Source: an uncultured Holophagales bacterium
Lineage (GTDB): Bacteria > Acidobacteriota > Thermoanaerobaculia > Multivoradales > UBA5704
Assembly: GCA_963842525.1 (NCBI GenBank)
Contig: CAWJGT010000025.1
Span: 224,001 to 288,000, forward strand
Direction of reading: 5' to 3'
Length of the DNA stretch: 64,000 nt
Shown here: positions 43,153-52,315 of the stretch, in pieces
Layout: each line of letters begins with the position of its first letter
Position numbering within the stretch: the stretch's first letter is position 1
The notes under the pieces: model-generated
Told to the model about the DNA's origin: nothing
Seen by the model: only the letters and a program-made list of their open reading frames with translations
Database searches by the model: none
Position numbers and translations under genes: made by a program

Positions 43153-43530
43153 ATGCCCAGCATCAATTCGTTCGCCGACGTCCTGCGCGACTGGGAGGCG
43201 CTGCTTGCCGCGCTGCAGGATCATCCGGGGGTCCTGGTCACCCTCGAAGCCGAGCGGCTGGATCTGGAAGCGGATCTGGCGGCGGCGCGGGTCCTCAAGG
43301 CGCGCCAGGAGACGCAGACGGCCAGCCGGCAGGAGGTGACGCAGCAGATCAAGGCGGTGGTGAGCCACGGCAAGGGAGTGGCGATCGGGATTCGGGCCGT
43401 GGTGAAGGGCAAGATCGGGTATCGCAACGAACGGCTGGTCCAGTTCAAAGTGGCCCCGTCCCGCAAGCGGCCGCGCAAGCCGCCGGAGGTCGAGCCCACC
43501 GAGGAGGCCGCCGGTCCGGATGAGTCCTGA
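43153..43530 (+). CDS. Hypothetical helical protein (paralogue A)
   Basis: AGGAGG RBS; DWEALL..GYRNERLVQFKVAP shared with the next gene. Confidence 0.75.
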   Translation: MPSINSFADVLRDWEALLAALQDHPGVLVTLEAERLDLEADLAAARVLKARQETQTASRQEVTQQIKAVVSHGKGVAIGIRAVVKGKIGYRNERLVQFKVAPSRKRPRKPPEVEPTEEAAGPDES

Positions 43531-43534
43531 ACAA

Positions 43535-43566
43535 CCCGGGGGCGTGCTCCGGCACGCCCCCTTTTT
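43535..43566 (+). terminator. Rho-independent terminator
   Basis: GGGGGCGTGC-TCCG-GCACGCCCCC plus T-run; near-copy at 43983-44013. Confidence 0.75.
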
Positions 43567-43597
43567 CTGAATGCATCCTCAACAGAAAGGAACGAAT

Positions 43598-43969
43598 ATG
43601 CCAAAGAAAGCCTTGCAGGACTTCGTCGCAGACTGGGATGGCCTGCTCAGCGAGCTCCGAGCGACGACGTACGACATTCCGGACATCGAGCCCTTCCGCA
43701 TCGCCCTGGAAAAGGCTGTCCGGAAGACACGGGTCGCCAAGACCCGGCAGATGGCGTGCCAGATCGCCAGCCGGCTGGCGACGCGCTGGTTGGCCGAGGC
43801 GGTGGAAGAGGGCCGCGATGCGGCCATCGGGATGCGCTCCTATCTGAGGGGCCGCCTCGGCTACCGCAACGAGGATCTGGTCCGCTTCGGGGTGGCCCCG
43901 GTCCGCAAGCGCAAGCCGCGCGCCACACGCAAACCCACGCCGCCGAGCGTGGACCCCGCGGTCCACTGA
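43598..43969 (+). CDS. Hypothetical helical protein (paralogue B)
   Basis: DWDGLL..GYRNEDLVRFGVAP. Confidence 0.75.
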   Translation: MPKKALQDFVADWDGLLSELRATTYDIPDIEPFRIALEKAVRKTRVAKTRQMACQIASRLATRWLAEAVEEGRDAAIGMRSYLRGRLGYRNEDLVRFGVAPVRKRKPRATRKPTPPSVDPAVH

Positions 43970-44049
43970 TCTCCCCTCACCACCCCGGGGGCGTGCTCCG
44001 GCACGCTCTCCTTTGCCCCAGAACCTGGCAAGGATCAGGGTCAACGGAG

Positions 44050-45132
44050 TCACTCGATCGTCTGTGTGTTGACCTCAAGGCCGCTCGCTTCTCTCTTGAC
44101 CGGCTTCTCCCAGCGGACGCAGACCTCGATTCCCAGATGCGGAGCTGGCCACCGCAGCCAGTAGAAGAGGAAGCGCTGGGGCAGCTTCAGCGAAGAGGCT
44201 ATTTCGGCCCTGGCTGCCTCCGAGACCTGCTTGCCGGCGGCCGCATCACGCTCGAGAATGGCAGTGGCTCGTTGCTTGAGCCGGCGGACGCGGTTCAGCA
44301 TCTCGTCTGCTCCTTCGTCAGAGGCTCGGCCGAACCGTTCCTGGATGGAGATTTCGGGCAAGAGGGCGACTTCCTTACCCTCGAAACGGGCGGACTCCCG
44401 ATTGCGGAACTCCAAGGCAAGGTTGGCGATCTCGTCCTCCGGGATGTCTGTGAAGGCGAACAGATCCAGGTCGACAACGACGCAGACCTCAAGCTCGGAG
44501 GTCGGGATATCGATGGGGATGTCGAAGCGATCGAAGACAGGGGTCTTCGGCTCCTTCCACTGGACGTAATCGTGGAGCCCCAAGGTGATCTCGCGGGTCA
44601 GGAACCGGCCGCTGAGCGCATGAACGGCCAGGTCGGCGTTCTTGTAGGTCGTACCCACCGTGTCGACGTAGGAGCCGAGCGGCGGCGGCTCGAAGTCCTG
44701 AAGATGATCGGCGGACTTCTTGCCGTTCCAGACAGCGAAATAATTGAGCAACCACTGCTCCTTGAACCACTCGTACTCGCCCGTCTCGGGGCGGGGCTCG
44801 CTCTCCCGGTACGTCCGATGATAGGATTCGCGCTTCTCGGGCTTCATCTCGACGAAGCAGGGGAGCTTCTCACGAGGGGAGTTCAGGCGGAGGATCTCGA
44901 CTTGGCGGGAGAAGATGTTTCCTTCCCGGGTGACATAGACGGTATGGCGCGCAGACCGGCAGACATAGGGGGAATGCCTCCACTTGGCGGCAGTGGCGGC
45001 GACCATCTCCCGGATTACCGCCGAGTGCCGGCCCCGGGCATCCTTGGAACCCTGCTCCTGGGCGAGCTCTCCTACAAGGTCCCATAGGGATGAAGACATG
45101 CGGATCTGGCAGGTACGCTCGTTACGAGGCAT
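44050..45132 (-). CDS. Hypothetical protein with probable N-terminal ribbon-helix-helix
   Basis: RTCQIRMSSSLWDLVGELA...SAVIREMV strand-helix-helix pattern; AAGGAG RBS. Confidence 0.7.
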   Translation of the reverse strand: MPRNERTCQIRMSSSLWDLVGELAQEQGSKDARGRHSAVIREMVAATAAKWRHSPYVCRSARHTVYVTREGNIFSRQVEILRLNSPREKLPCFVEMKPEKRESYHRTYRESEPRPETGEYEWFKEQWLLNYFAVWNGKKSADHLQDFEPPPLGSYVDTVGTTYKNADLAVHALSGRFLTREITLGLHDYVQWKEPKTPVFDRFDIPIDIPTSELEVCVVVDLDLFAFTDIPEDEIANLALEFRNRESARFEGKEVALLPEISIQERFGRASDEGADEMLNRVRRLKQRATAILERDAAAGKQVSEAARAEIASSLKLPQRFLFYWLRWPAPHLGIEVCVRWEKPVKREASGLEVNTQTIE

Positions 45133-45219
45133 GCTCTCTCCTTGAAGCGGGAGGAATTGTACCCCAGATTTGTCAAGACGTTCCTGGGCGACAGTTTTCG
45201 GGCATAATTCCGAAGTCAT

Positions 45220-45267
45220 CCTGGCGCTTGACAGTGATTCAGAACCTGGCGCTTGACAGTGATTCAG
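45220..45267. repeat. Perfect 23-bp direct repeat (candidate operator)
   Basis: CCTGGCGCTTGACAGTGATTCAG x2, 25-bp period, in a divergent promoter region. Confidence 0.85.
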
Positions 45268-45473
45268 GATATGATCTGCTAGAAGAGTGATGGCCTTCTC
45301 GATGAGGGGAGGGTCTGTGTGGGTTGACGGCTGGCGAGGGCCTTTGATATGGTCTGAAATCGCCTGTCGAAGTGTTGTCTAACCGAACGTAATGGCGCCG
45401 GGCCATCGGCGTCTTTCTGCCAAATGCCGTCGCCGACGCGACTGGGCGGCTGGACGTAGAAGGGGCTGAGAGA

Positions 45474-46031
45474 ATGAACAACAGGTACCTGAAGCTAGCT
45501 GCGATTCTGCTGTTGCTGGTGGCCGTCGACGTTCGTGCGCAGTTCGCGGTGCCAAAGTCGAACGAAGTGGTGGAAGGCGAGCTTGTGCTCCCGGACGGTG
45601 GTGGCACTGCCCACTTCTTTGCCCGCGAGGGGGCCATGGTTACCGTCCGGAGCGAAGAAGAGCAGGGTTACTGGTACGGCATTGTGCCCGTCATCGACAA
45701 AGGCCAGGTGGCTTTCTCCGTTTTCGAGCTGACCTCCCGCGGTGATGATCCCCCTGCCATTCGGGAAATCGCTTCCGGGATGAAGGGGCGCCTCAATGAG
45801 GCGGTGGAGGTTGATGTCCTCCAAGGCACTTTTCAAGTGAAGGCTTTGGATATCCAAACTTGGCGCTTTACTAAAGTTCGTCTGGTGGATCCCAGGGGAG
45901 CGAGCCCGGCCGCCCTTCAAAAGCTCTACGGAGCCTCCGGAGGAGGTCTGTGCTCTGTGTCTTGCGGCACTGTCACGATTACTGCGACCTCTGTGAAGGC
46001 GTCGTGCGGGACCTGTCAAGGCGATCGGTAG
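45474..46031 (+). CDS. Secreted protein with Cys-rich C-terminal tail (paralogue 1)
   Basis: Signal peptide VRA|QF; tail GGGLCSVSCG..SCGTC. Confidence 0.8.
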   Translation: MNNRYLKLAAILLLLVAVDVRAQFAVPKSNEVVEGELVLPDGGGTAHFFAREGAMVTVRSEEEQGYWYGIVPVIDKGQVAFSVFELTSRGDDPPAIREIASGMKGRLNEAVEVDVLQGTFQVKALDIQTWRFTKVRLVDPRGASPAALQKLYGASGGGLCSVSCGTVTITATSVKASCGTCQGDR

Positions 46032-46270
46032 CCGGCCTCCAGAAGCACATCCCCTACACAAGAAGAACAAGAAGACCAGCCGTCTCCATCGGAGCGGTTC
46101 AGGAATGCTTTCCCTAAACAGTCTTGCCCAAGAGCGTGTCTACATCTCTGGCCCACGAAGATCATTTAGGGGCTTGCGTTGACCGCAGGCCTTCATCTAC
46201 ACTAGGGTCTTCGTATTCGCAGCCCCTGACGAAGCTCTGGGAGATCACCGTTCTAGAGGTTTGCCTCCGG

Positions 46271-47928
46271 GTATCTGTTTACCGCCCTAGTGCCGCCTTC
46301 CCCGAGCGGTGGCACGTCCGCAAGGGCTTGAAGTTCTCTTCTCGGCATGGTCTAATGTCTTTCAGGCATGCCGACTTACGAGGAACTCCTTCAAGAGAAC
46401 TCTGAGCTTCGCCAAGACAACGGTGAGCTTCGCCAGCGGGTGGAGGAGCAGGAGCGCCAGATTGCGCACCTGAAGCGCCGAATCGTCGATCTGGAGAAAC
46501 TTGTCGAGGAGCTACGGCGCCGGGGCAAACGCCAGGCTGCCCCCTTCTCGAAGGGAGATCCGAGCGAGGATCCCAAGTCTCCAGGGCGCAAAGCCGGGGA
46601 TCAATATGGTCAGCAAGCGACTCGAGCTGTGCCCGATCACGTCGACGAAACCATCGTGGTGGAGTGCCCGCTGTATTGTGAGCACTGTGGGGGTCAGGTC
46701 ATTCCGCAGGGCGAAGCTCGCCAGTATCAGACCGATCTGCCGCCGATTCGGCCGGTGACGACGGAGTTCATCCTCCATTATGGGAAGTGCTCGGCATGTG
46801 GCCGGGAAGCTGTGGGGCGTCACCCGCGCCAGACTTCCCAGGCGTTCCGGGTCGGCAACGTGCAACTCGGTCCAAACGTGTTGGGGCTCGCCGCCTGGCT
46901 CAACAAGGTCGGAGGCTTGAGCTACGGCAAGATCGCCGCGTTGCTGAAGGAGCTGGCTGGACTGTCTGTGTCGCGCTCGGCCCTGTGCCGCGCGCTGCTT
47001 CGCATGAGTAAGAAGCTGGAGCCCTTGTACGAGGAGCTGAAGGCGAAGATCCGGAGCTCTCCTGTGGTGTACCCGGACGAGACGGGCTGGCGGGAGGGGG
47101 GCTATAGCGTGTGGTTGTGGGTGTTCACCAATCGCAGCGAGACGGTCTACAGCATCCAGCCGGGTCGTGGCTATGCCGAGGCCTCTGAGGTCCTGGGGGA
47201 GGGCTTTGTCGGCGTGCTGGTGGCTGATGGTTGGGCTCCCTATCAGAAATTTGAAGAAGCGACTCATCAGACCTGTCTGGCGCATCTGTTGCGCCGTTGC
47301 GAGGAGCTGCTGGAGAAGGCGACAGGGGGTGCGGTGCGCTTTCCTCGGGCGGTGAAAGAGATCCTGCAGGCCGCCTTGGAGGCGCGAGATCAGCGGGACG
47401 CGGGCAAGCTCAGCGGCGAGGCGCTGGAGAAGGTCAAGCAGGACTTGGAGCTTCCAGATGGAAAGGCGTCTGTCGGGGCAGTTCACGAACCCCGACAACC
47501 AGCGTCTGGCTCAGCATTTGATACGTCACCAGGAGCAGCTGTTTGTCTTCCTGGAACGCACGGATGTGGAGGCGACCAATTGGCCGGCCGAACAAGGGAT
47601 TCGCCCGGCGGTCATCAACCGCAAGACATCTGGGGGAAATCGGACGGCCGAGGGGTCCCAGGCGCAAGCGGTCTTGATGAGTGCCCTGCGCACATTTCAG
47701 CAACACCAAGTCGGGACACTCGAGATCTTGCCCCAGCTTCTGCGCAGCCCCCAGTCACCCAAGCTTGAGGCAATACTTCCTGCGTCACAGCCACCGTAAC
47801 AGTTCTCGCCACGAGTTATCCGTGGCTCCAGGTCGGTAGCCGCTCGCCCTCGTCAGGTCGCCTGGCCAGCGCGGACGTGTGTCCAGGGAAAACCTTCCCC
47901 AAAAGTGCCGCTGACGGTAAACAGATAC
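46271..47928 (+). mobile_element. IS66-family element (single-ORF, ISBst12-like)
   Basis: 14-bp TIR GTATCTGTTTACCG / CGGTAAACAGATAC; 8-bp target duplication GCCTCCGG (46263, 47929). Confidence 0.93.
46368..47799 (+). CDS. tnpC: IS66 transposase, frameshift near 47452
   Basis: Coiled coil, CxxC..CxxC, DETGW, ADG, QTCLAHLLR, TNWPAEQGIR..RK. Confidence 0.9.
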
Positions 47929-47991
47929 GCCTCCGGTTGGGAGACTACCGGGGAGCACACTTGTGTGCGCCAACGCTCTTGGGAGGAAAAC

Positions 47992-48570
47992 ATGTCGAGA
48001 CATGCGCTGTTGTGGGGAACGCTGGTTCTTTGGCTGTTGGTTCTGCCTCTCCCCTCTTTAGGACAAGCCTTCTCCGTTCCCATCTCTGACCGGGTTGTAG
48101 AGGGGGATCTCGCAATGCCGGACGGAAGCGCCGCGCATTTTACGGTTCGCGAAGGCTCGATGCTGACCGTCCGTAGCGAAGACGACGGGTATTGGTACGG
48201 GTTCATTCCCCAGGTGGTTCAAGGGGAGACGCTTCTCCTTACCCCCTTTGAGATTACTGAGATCAAGGGCCGCGCGCCCCATATCGCTCAAATTGGTAGT
48301 CCTATCGGTCAGGCTGACACCCTATCTCTAGAAGTTCCAACAAAAGACGGGACATTTCAGATTTCTCCCACATCAATTTCCCTCGGAAGCTTTCCGCGGC
48401 AAAAATTGGTAGAAATGAACAGCAAGTCGCCTCGCGAGCTTCAAAAGATATTTGGCGCTTCTGGAGGCGGCCTGTGCTGTGTAACCTGCGGCGGAATCAC
48501 TGTCTGTGGTGGGTCTGTTGTTATGTCGTGCGGTTCATGCGAAAGCGGCGGAGGCCGTCCGGCTGTGTAA
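47992..48570 (+). CDS. Secreted protein with Cys-rich C-terminal tail (paralogue 2)
   Basis: GGGAGG RBS; VVEG.L..PDG..AHF..REG.M.TVRSE shared with paralogue 1; tail CCVTCGGITVCGGSVVMSCGSC. Confidence 0.8.
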   Translation: MSRHALLWGTLVLWLLVLPLPSLGQAFSVPISDRVVEGDLAMPDGSAAHFTVREGSMLTVRSEDDGYWYGFIPQVVQGETLLLTPFEITEIKGRAPHIAQIGSPIGQADTLSLEVPTKDGTFQISPTSISLGSFPRQKLVEMNSKSPRELQKIFGASGGGLCCVTCGGITVCGGSVVMSCGSCESGGGRPAV

Positions 48571-48598
48571 ACCTGGCTGACGGCCAAGGATTTTCACG

Positions 48599-49909
48599 AT
48601 GAGAATCAAATGGTGGTGGCGTCTTTGTGCATTTGTTCTTGCAGTCATCATTCTCATCTCCTTGGCTGTCCAGATTTGGCGGTCGGAAAGGTATTTGAGC
48701 TTTGAGGGAACGAGGATTCTCGCAAGCGGTAAGCCCCTAGACATGTGGTTCTCCTCTCCCAGGCATCTCGTGGCCCTGGTTATCAAGAATTTCGTGGTGA
48801 CTGTGAAGCACTGGGATCTTCCCCGTAAAGAGACAGTAAGAGAATCTGTCTTTGACTTTAGCCGAGTAGGGGAAGGCAGAGAAATTAAACTGGACTATTC
48901 GCTGTTCCCGCGAACGACGGATCAGGGCCAGCGCTCCATTCCCTATGCGGTATCTCTCGATGGAGGTTTCATAGCTTGGGCGCGAGAAGGGAAAGTCTAC
49001 GCGAAAAATCTTGCTGATGATATCCAATCGTTCGAAGAAGTCGCGGTACTTGAACAGAACCCGACTGCTATCTATTTCGTGCGGGCGGACCTTTTGGCTA
49101 TCTTTCGCCGGGACGGTAAGGTGGAAGCATGGGATCGGAGAAAGAAAAAGAAAGGGCTGGCTGGGACTTGGCTTGATGGGCGATGGTCTATTTGGTCACA
49201 CGGTCCTGGCATCGCGTTGTCGTCCTTTGAAACAAGGGACATTGGCCGGATAGATTTTGATGAGACAGGGGATCATATTGACGCACGCTACCGCCAAGTT
49301 CCTTCCGAGAGGGGAACATTTCTTGCTATTAATGAAATAGGTTCCATGGCGGTCGGCACGGATCTGGGGCAGGTTCACTGGATTTCCACCCAAGAGACGG
49401 CATCGTCGCGAGAGGATGGGGGAGTATCGCCGGTTGATAGTGAGCCGGAAAAAACGCAGGTCGAGGATGCTGTTATCGCGTTGGCGTTCTACGATGACAG
49501 AAATCTCTTCGCCTTGCTTCGGAATGGCCGCTCATTTTTAATTTCGGATAGATTATTAAATGGTGAGGGAGTGCCGAATTCACCGCCAGCTAACCTGCTC
49601 AGCACAAGTAAAGAGTACTTGGCTCTTGCGGCGGGTGACCTAATCGAAGTGACTGAGTTGACCCTCAAGAGAAAATTGTCTTGGAGCAGGGTCAATATTA
49701 TATTGACAATCCTGCTGGTGCTCTGCGCCGCAGTGGTCGTTTGGCCCACTAAAAGACTTTTAACCATTCAGAAGGTTTTATTGATAGCTACGCTGGTTGC
49801 GGGGATTTTGTGGCTGTGCTTCGGTGATCCTAACGGTATTTACGAATCAATTGCGATTGTGTTGGGTGCAATTTTTTCGTTGACAGTTCTTGCGAGGGAA
49901 GTTTTCTAG
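48599..49909 (+). CDS. Membrane-anchored WD40-like beta-propeller protein
   Basis: N-terminal TM, beta-rich repeats ([15 protein letters not shown]), three C-terminal TMs; low GC. Confidence 0.6.
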   Translation: MRIKWWWRLCAFVLAVIILISLAVQIWRSERYLSFEGTRILASGKPLDMWFSSPRHLVALVIKNFVVTVKHWDLPRKETVRESVFDFSRVGEGREIKLDYSLFPRTTDQGQRSIPYAVSLDGGFIAWAREGKVYAKNLADDIQSFEEVAVLEQNPTAIYFVRADLLAIFRRDGKVEAWDRRKKKKGLAGTWLDGRWSIWSHGPGIALSSFETRDIGRIDFDETGDHIDARYRQVPSERGTFLAINEIGSMAVGTDLGQVHWISTQETASSREDGGVSPVDSEPEKTQVEDAVIALAFYDDRNLFALLRNGRSFLISDRLLNGEGVPNSPPANLLSTSKEYLALAAGDLIEVTELTLKRKLSWSRVNIILTILLVLCAAVVVWPTKRLLTIQKVLLIATLVAGILWLCFGDPNGIYESIAIVLGAIFSLTVLAREVF

Positions 49910-50121
49910 AGAATACGGTCTATGAGAGGACGCCGGATCCGCGGATCCGGGAGGTCGAGCGGCTTCACTATGATAGGAAGCAACCGCAAGAGCCTTCACC
50001 CGCAGGAAGGCGACCGTGCCAGTCTCTTCACCTTTGGTGCCTCCAATCCGGAGCCCTTCTCCCCAAGGACCAAAAACTGGGGGCGTACGGTAAGCTTCCT
50101 CCTTCGAAAGGAGGAGGAAGC

Positions 50122-50475
50122 ATGAGCGAGAGCGAGCAGACCACGACCCCTTCGGGCCTCAAGTACACGGATCTCCAGACCGGGCAGGGCGAGGAAGCCA
50201 GGCCCGGCAAGACTGTCGACGTCCACTACACCGGCTGGCTCGAGAACGGCACCAAGTTCGATTCGAGCAAGGATCACGGGAAGCCCTTCTCCTTCCCTCT
50301 GGGAGCGGGCCACGTCATCAAGGGCTGGGACGAGGGGGTCGCCGGCATGAAGGTGGGCGGCAAGCGCAAGCTGACCATCCCCGCCAGCCTGGGCTACGGC
50401 GCGCAGGGCGCCGGCGGGGTGATCCCGCCAAACGCCACGCTGATCTTCGAGGTGGAGCTGCTGGGAGTGAAGTAG
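50122..50475 (+). CDS. FKBP-type peptidyl-prolyl isomerase
   Basis: [33 protein letters not shown]. Confidence 0.96.
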   Translation: MSESEQTTTPSGLKYTDLQTGQGEEARPGKTVDVHYTGWLENGTKFDSSKDHGKPFSFPLGAGHVIKGWDEGVAGMKVGGKRKLTIPASLGYGAQGAGGVIPPNATLIFEVELLGVK

Positions 50476-51409
50476 GACCGGAGGGACCCCGAGTCCGAGA
50501 AATCCCAGAGAGCCATGACGGCCATACTTCAGATGAAGAAACCCGACATCGCTGAGATGAAGCGGGCGTACGCCGGCGGGTAGGGGGAAACGAGGAGGCT
50601 AAAGCTAAACAGAAGCTCGGGATCAGAGCCGCGGCCCGGACCTCTCCCGGAGTGAGGCCGGTCTCGCGTTTCAGCAGGCGCCCCATGTGGGCCTGGTCGT
50701 AGAAGCCGCACTCGATTGCAATGTCGCACAGCGGCCGCCGTGACGCGCGGATCTGGTCGAGCGCCCGACCCAGCCGCGCGTCGCGAATCGATTCGCCGAC
50801 CGAGCGGTCGAGGTGATGGCGAAAGCCGCCGGCCAGTACCGACCGGCGCATGCCCAGAGCCGTAGCGACGGTTGCCAGCGAAATGGGCTCCCCGAGGTGG
50901 CGGTCGATGAACGCCAGAGCAGCGGCCAGCCAGCCCGGCGGTGCCGCTTTATGCGCGCGCTCGACCCGCGACAAGAGCAGCAGAGCCAGGCCCTCGAGCG
51001 CGTGGTCGGCGGCACCGTCGCCGCGCGGCAGCTCGAGGAGGATCTGGTGCTTGAGCATGGGGGACAGCGCCGGCAGCTCCGCCGGCCGCGGGTGGAAAGC
51101 GAAGGGAGCCAAACGCTCGGGCGGATACGAGATGACCAGCGCCTGCACCTCGTCGCGGTCGAAGTCGTTCTCGTGCTCCTGCACCGGCGGCCGGAAGAGG
51201 ACCGAGCCGGCGTGGAGTCGGACGTCCCCTTGGCGCCAGGTCTCCGCGTAGCTGCCGGCGAGCACGAAGACGAGCTGAGCGCGCGGGTGGGCGTGGGCCG
51301 GCAGACGGAGGCCGGCCGGCATGGTGACTTGCGCGAAGCGAATGCCGCCGGCCTGACGCCGGCACAGCTCGCGGCCATGGCTCTCGTGAGCCTCGCGCTC
51401 CTTGGACAT
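50318..51409 (-). CDS. AraC-family regulator with cupin domain (true 3' end probably near 50620)
   Basis: HAHPRAQ cupin; [24 protein letters not shown]. Confidence 0.85.
   Translation of the reverse strand: MSKEREAHESHGRELCRRQAGGIRFAQVTMPAGLRLPAHAHPRAQLVFVLAGSYAETWRQGDVRLHAGSVLFRPPVQEHENDFDRDEVQALVISYPPERLAPFAFHPRPAELPALSPMLKHQILLELPRGDGAADHALEGLALLLLSRVERAHKAAPPGWLAAALAFIDRHLGEPISLATVATALGMRRSVLAGGFRHHLDRSVGESIRDARLGRALDQIRASRRPLCDIAIECGFYDQAHMGRLLKRETGLTPGEVRAAALIPSFCLALASSFPPTRRRTPASSQRCRVSSSEVWPSWLSGISRTRGPSGPTSLPAAPPRRSAWRLAGSPRRRPARRSPGWRGWSACACRPPSCRRPPRPSP
50490..50583 (+). pseudogene. 3' remnant of a PhnB-like VOC protein
   Basis: Manual translation ..[28 protein letters not shown]. 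Confidence 0.6.
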
Positions 51410-51512
51410 GGCGACAGTGTAGCGCGCTCGCTCGGTCGCCGCGGTCGCCAGCCGTCCCAAGCCGGTCCGCGCGTCCTATACAGGGCGCGCGATCTCGGGC
51501 ATCCTCGGGCCC

Positions 51513-51935
51513 ATGACACTGCGCGATTCATGGAAGTCCGTCCTGCGTCTGGTCGTGGTTGGAACCCTGGGCTACGCGCTCATCGTGGCACTGACCACGA
51601 TCGGCTTCGGCTGGGTCAAAGGCGCCGGCTCGTACGGCGGGGACTGGCGGCTCATGGCCCAGGGAGGGGCAGTCGCCCTCGTTTCGGGATTGGCCGGCGG
51701 GGCGCTGGCCGGGCTCCTGGGCGGGCGCCGCCCGCTGCGCCATGCCCTCGCCATCCTGCCGTGGCTGCTGGTGGATACAACCTACGTCCTCTTCTTTTTT
51801 CCGCGCCAGGACCCGCTGTGGTTCGATCTGCTCGGCAGCCTGGGCCTCATCTCGGCGACGATTGCCGGCGGCGCCCTGATAGGAGCCGTTCGCCGTCGGG
51901 GGGCCTCCCCAGGTAGAGACGCTCCAAGGGTGTGA
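51513..51935 (+). CDS. Membrane protein (4 TM), divergent from AraC
   Basis: Four hydrophobic segments, PLWF motif. Confidence 0.75.
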   Translation: MTLRDSWKSVLRLVVVGTLGYALIVALTTIGFGWVKGAGSYGGDWRLMAQGGAVALVSGLAGGALAGLLGGRRPLRHALAILPWLLVDTTYVLFFFPRQDPLWFDLLGSLGLISATIAGGALIGAVRRRGASPGRDAPRV

Positions 51936-52092
51936 TGGAACCAAGGGCTCGTGGGGCGCGCAGACTGAGCCGCCCTCTCCTTCCTGGCACTCTACCGGGA
52001 AGCTCGCGGGCTCGCTCGCCGCGAGCTGGCGCGCTCGGGTCCGGGCGCCTCGCTCGGCGGTGCGCCTGTCCGACGTGGTCCACGATCTGCGC

Positions 52093-52197
52093 CTGCGGCG
52101 CGAGCTTCGCGGCGACCTCGACACCATCGTCGCCAAGGCCTTGAAGAAACGCCCCGAAGAGCGCGCTACGCGTCGGTCACCGCCCTGGCCGAGGACA
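52093..52197 (+). pseudogene. Ser/Thr protein kinase remnant
   Basis: LRRELRGDLDTIVAKALKKRPEER/YASVTALAED (kinase subdomain XI). Confidence 0.75.
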
Positions 52198-52315
52198 GGT
52201 TGACCCCGCCGTGCTCTCTGGCCGGCGGGTTTGCCTGTCCCCTGCCGCGGCCGGTGTCGCTCCGGCTGCCGAAGATCGCCTCGTAACATTTCGTCGCGGT
52301 CCTCGTAATGCCTGT

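Noticed and set aside
50318-50620. AraC C-terminal extension overlapping the FKBP gene
   Set aside because: Homology ends at TPGEVR; the read-through probably reflects a lost stop or indel
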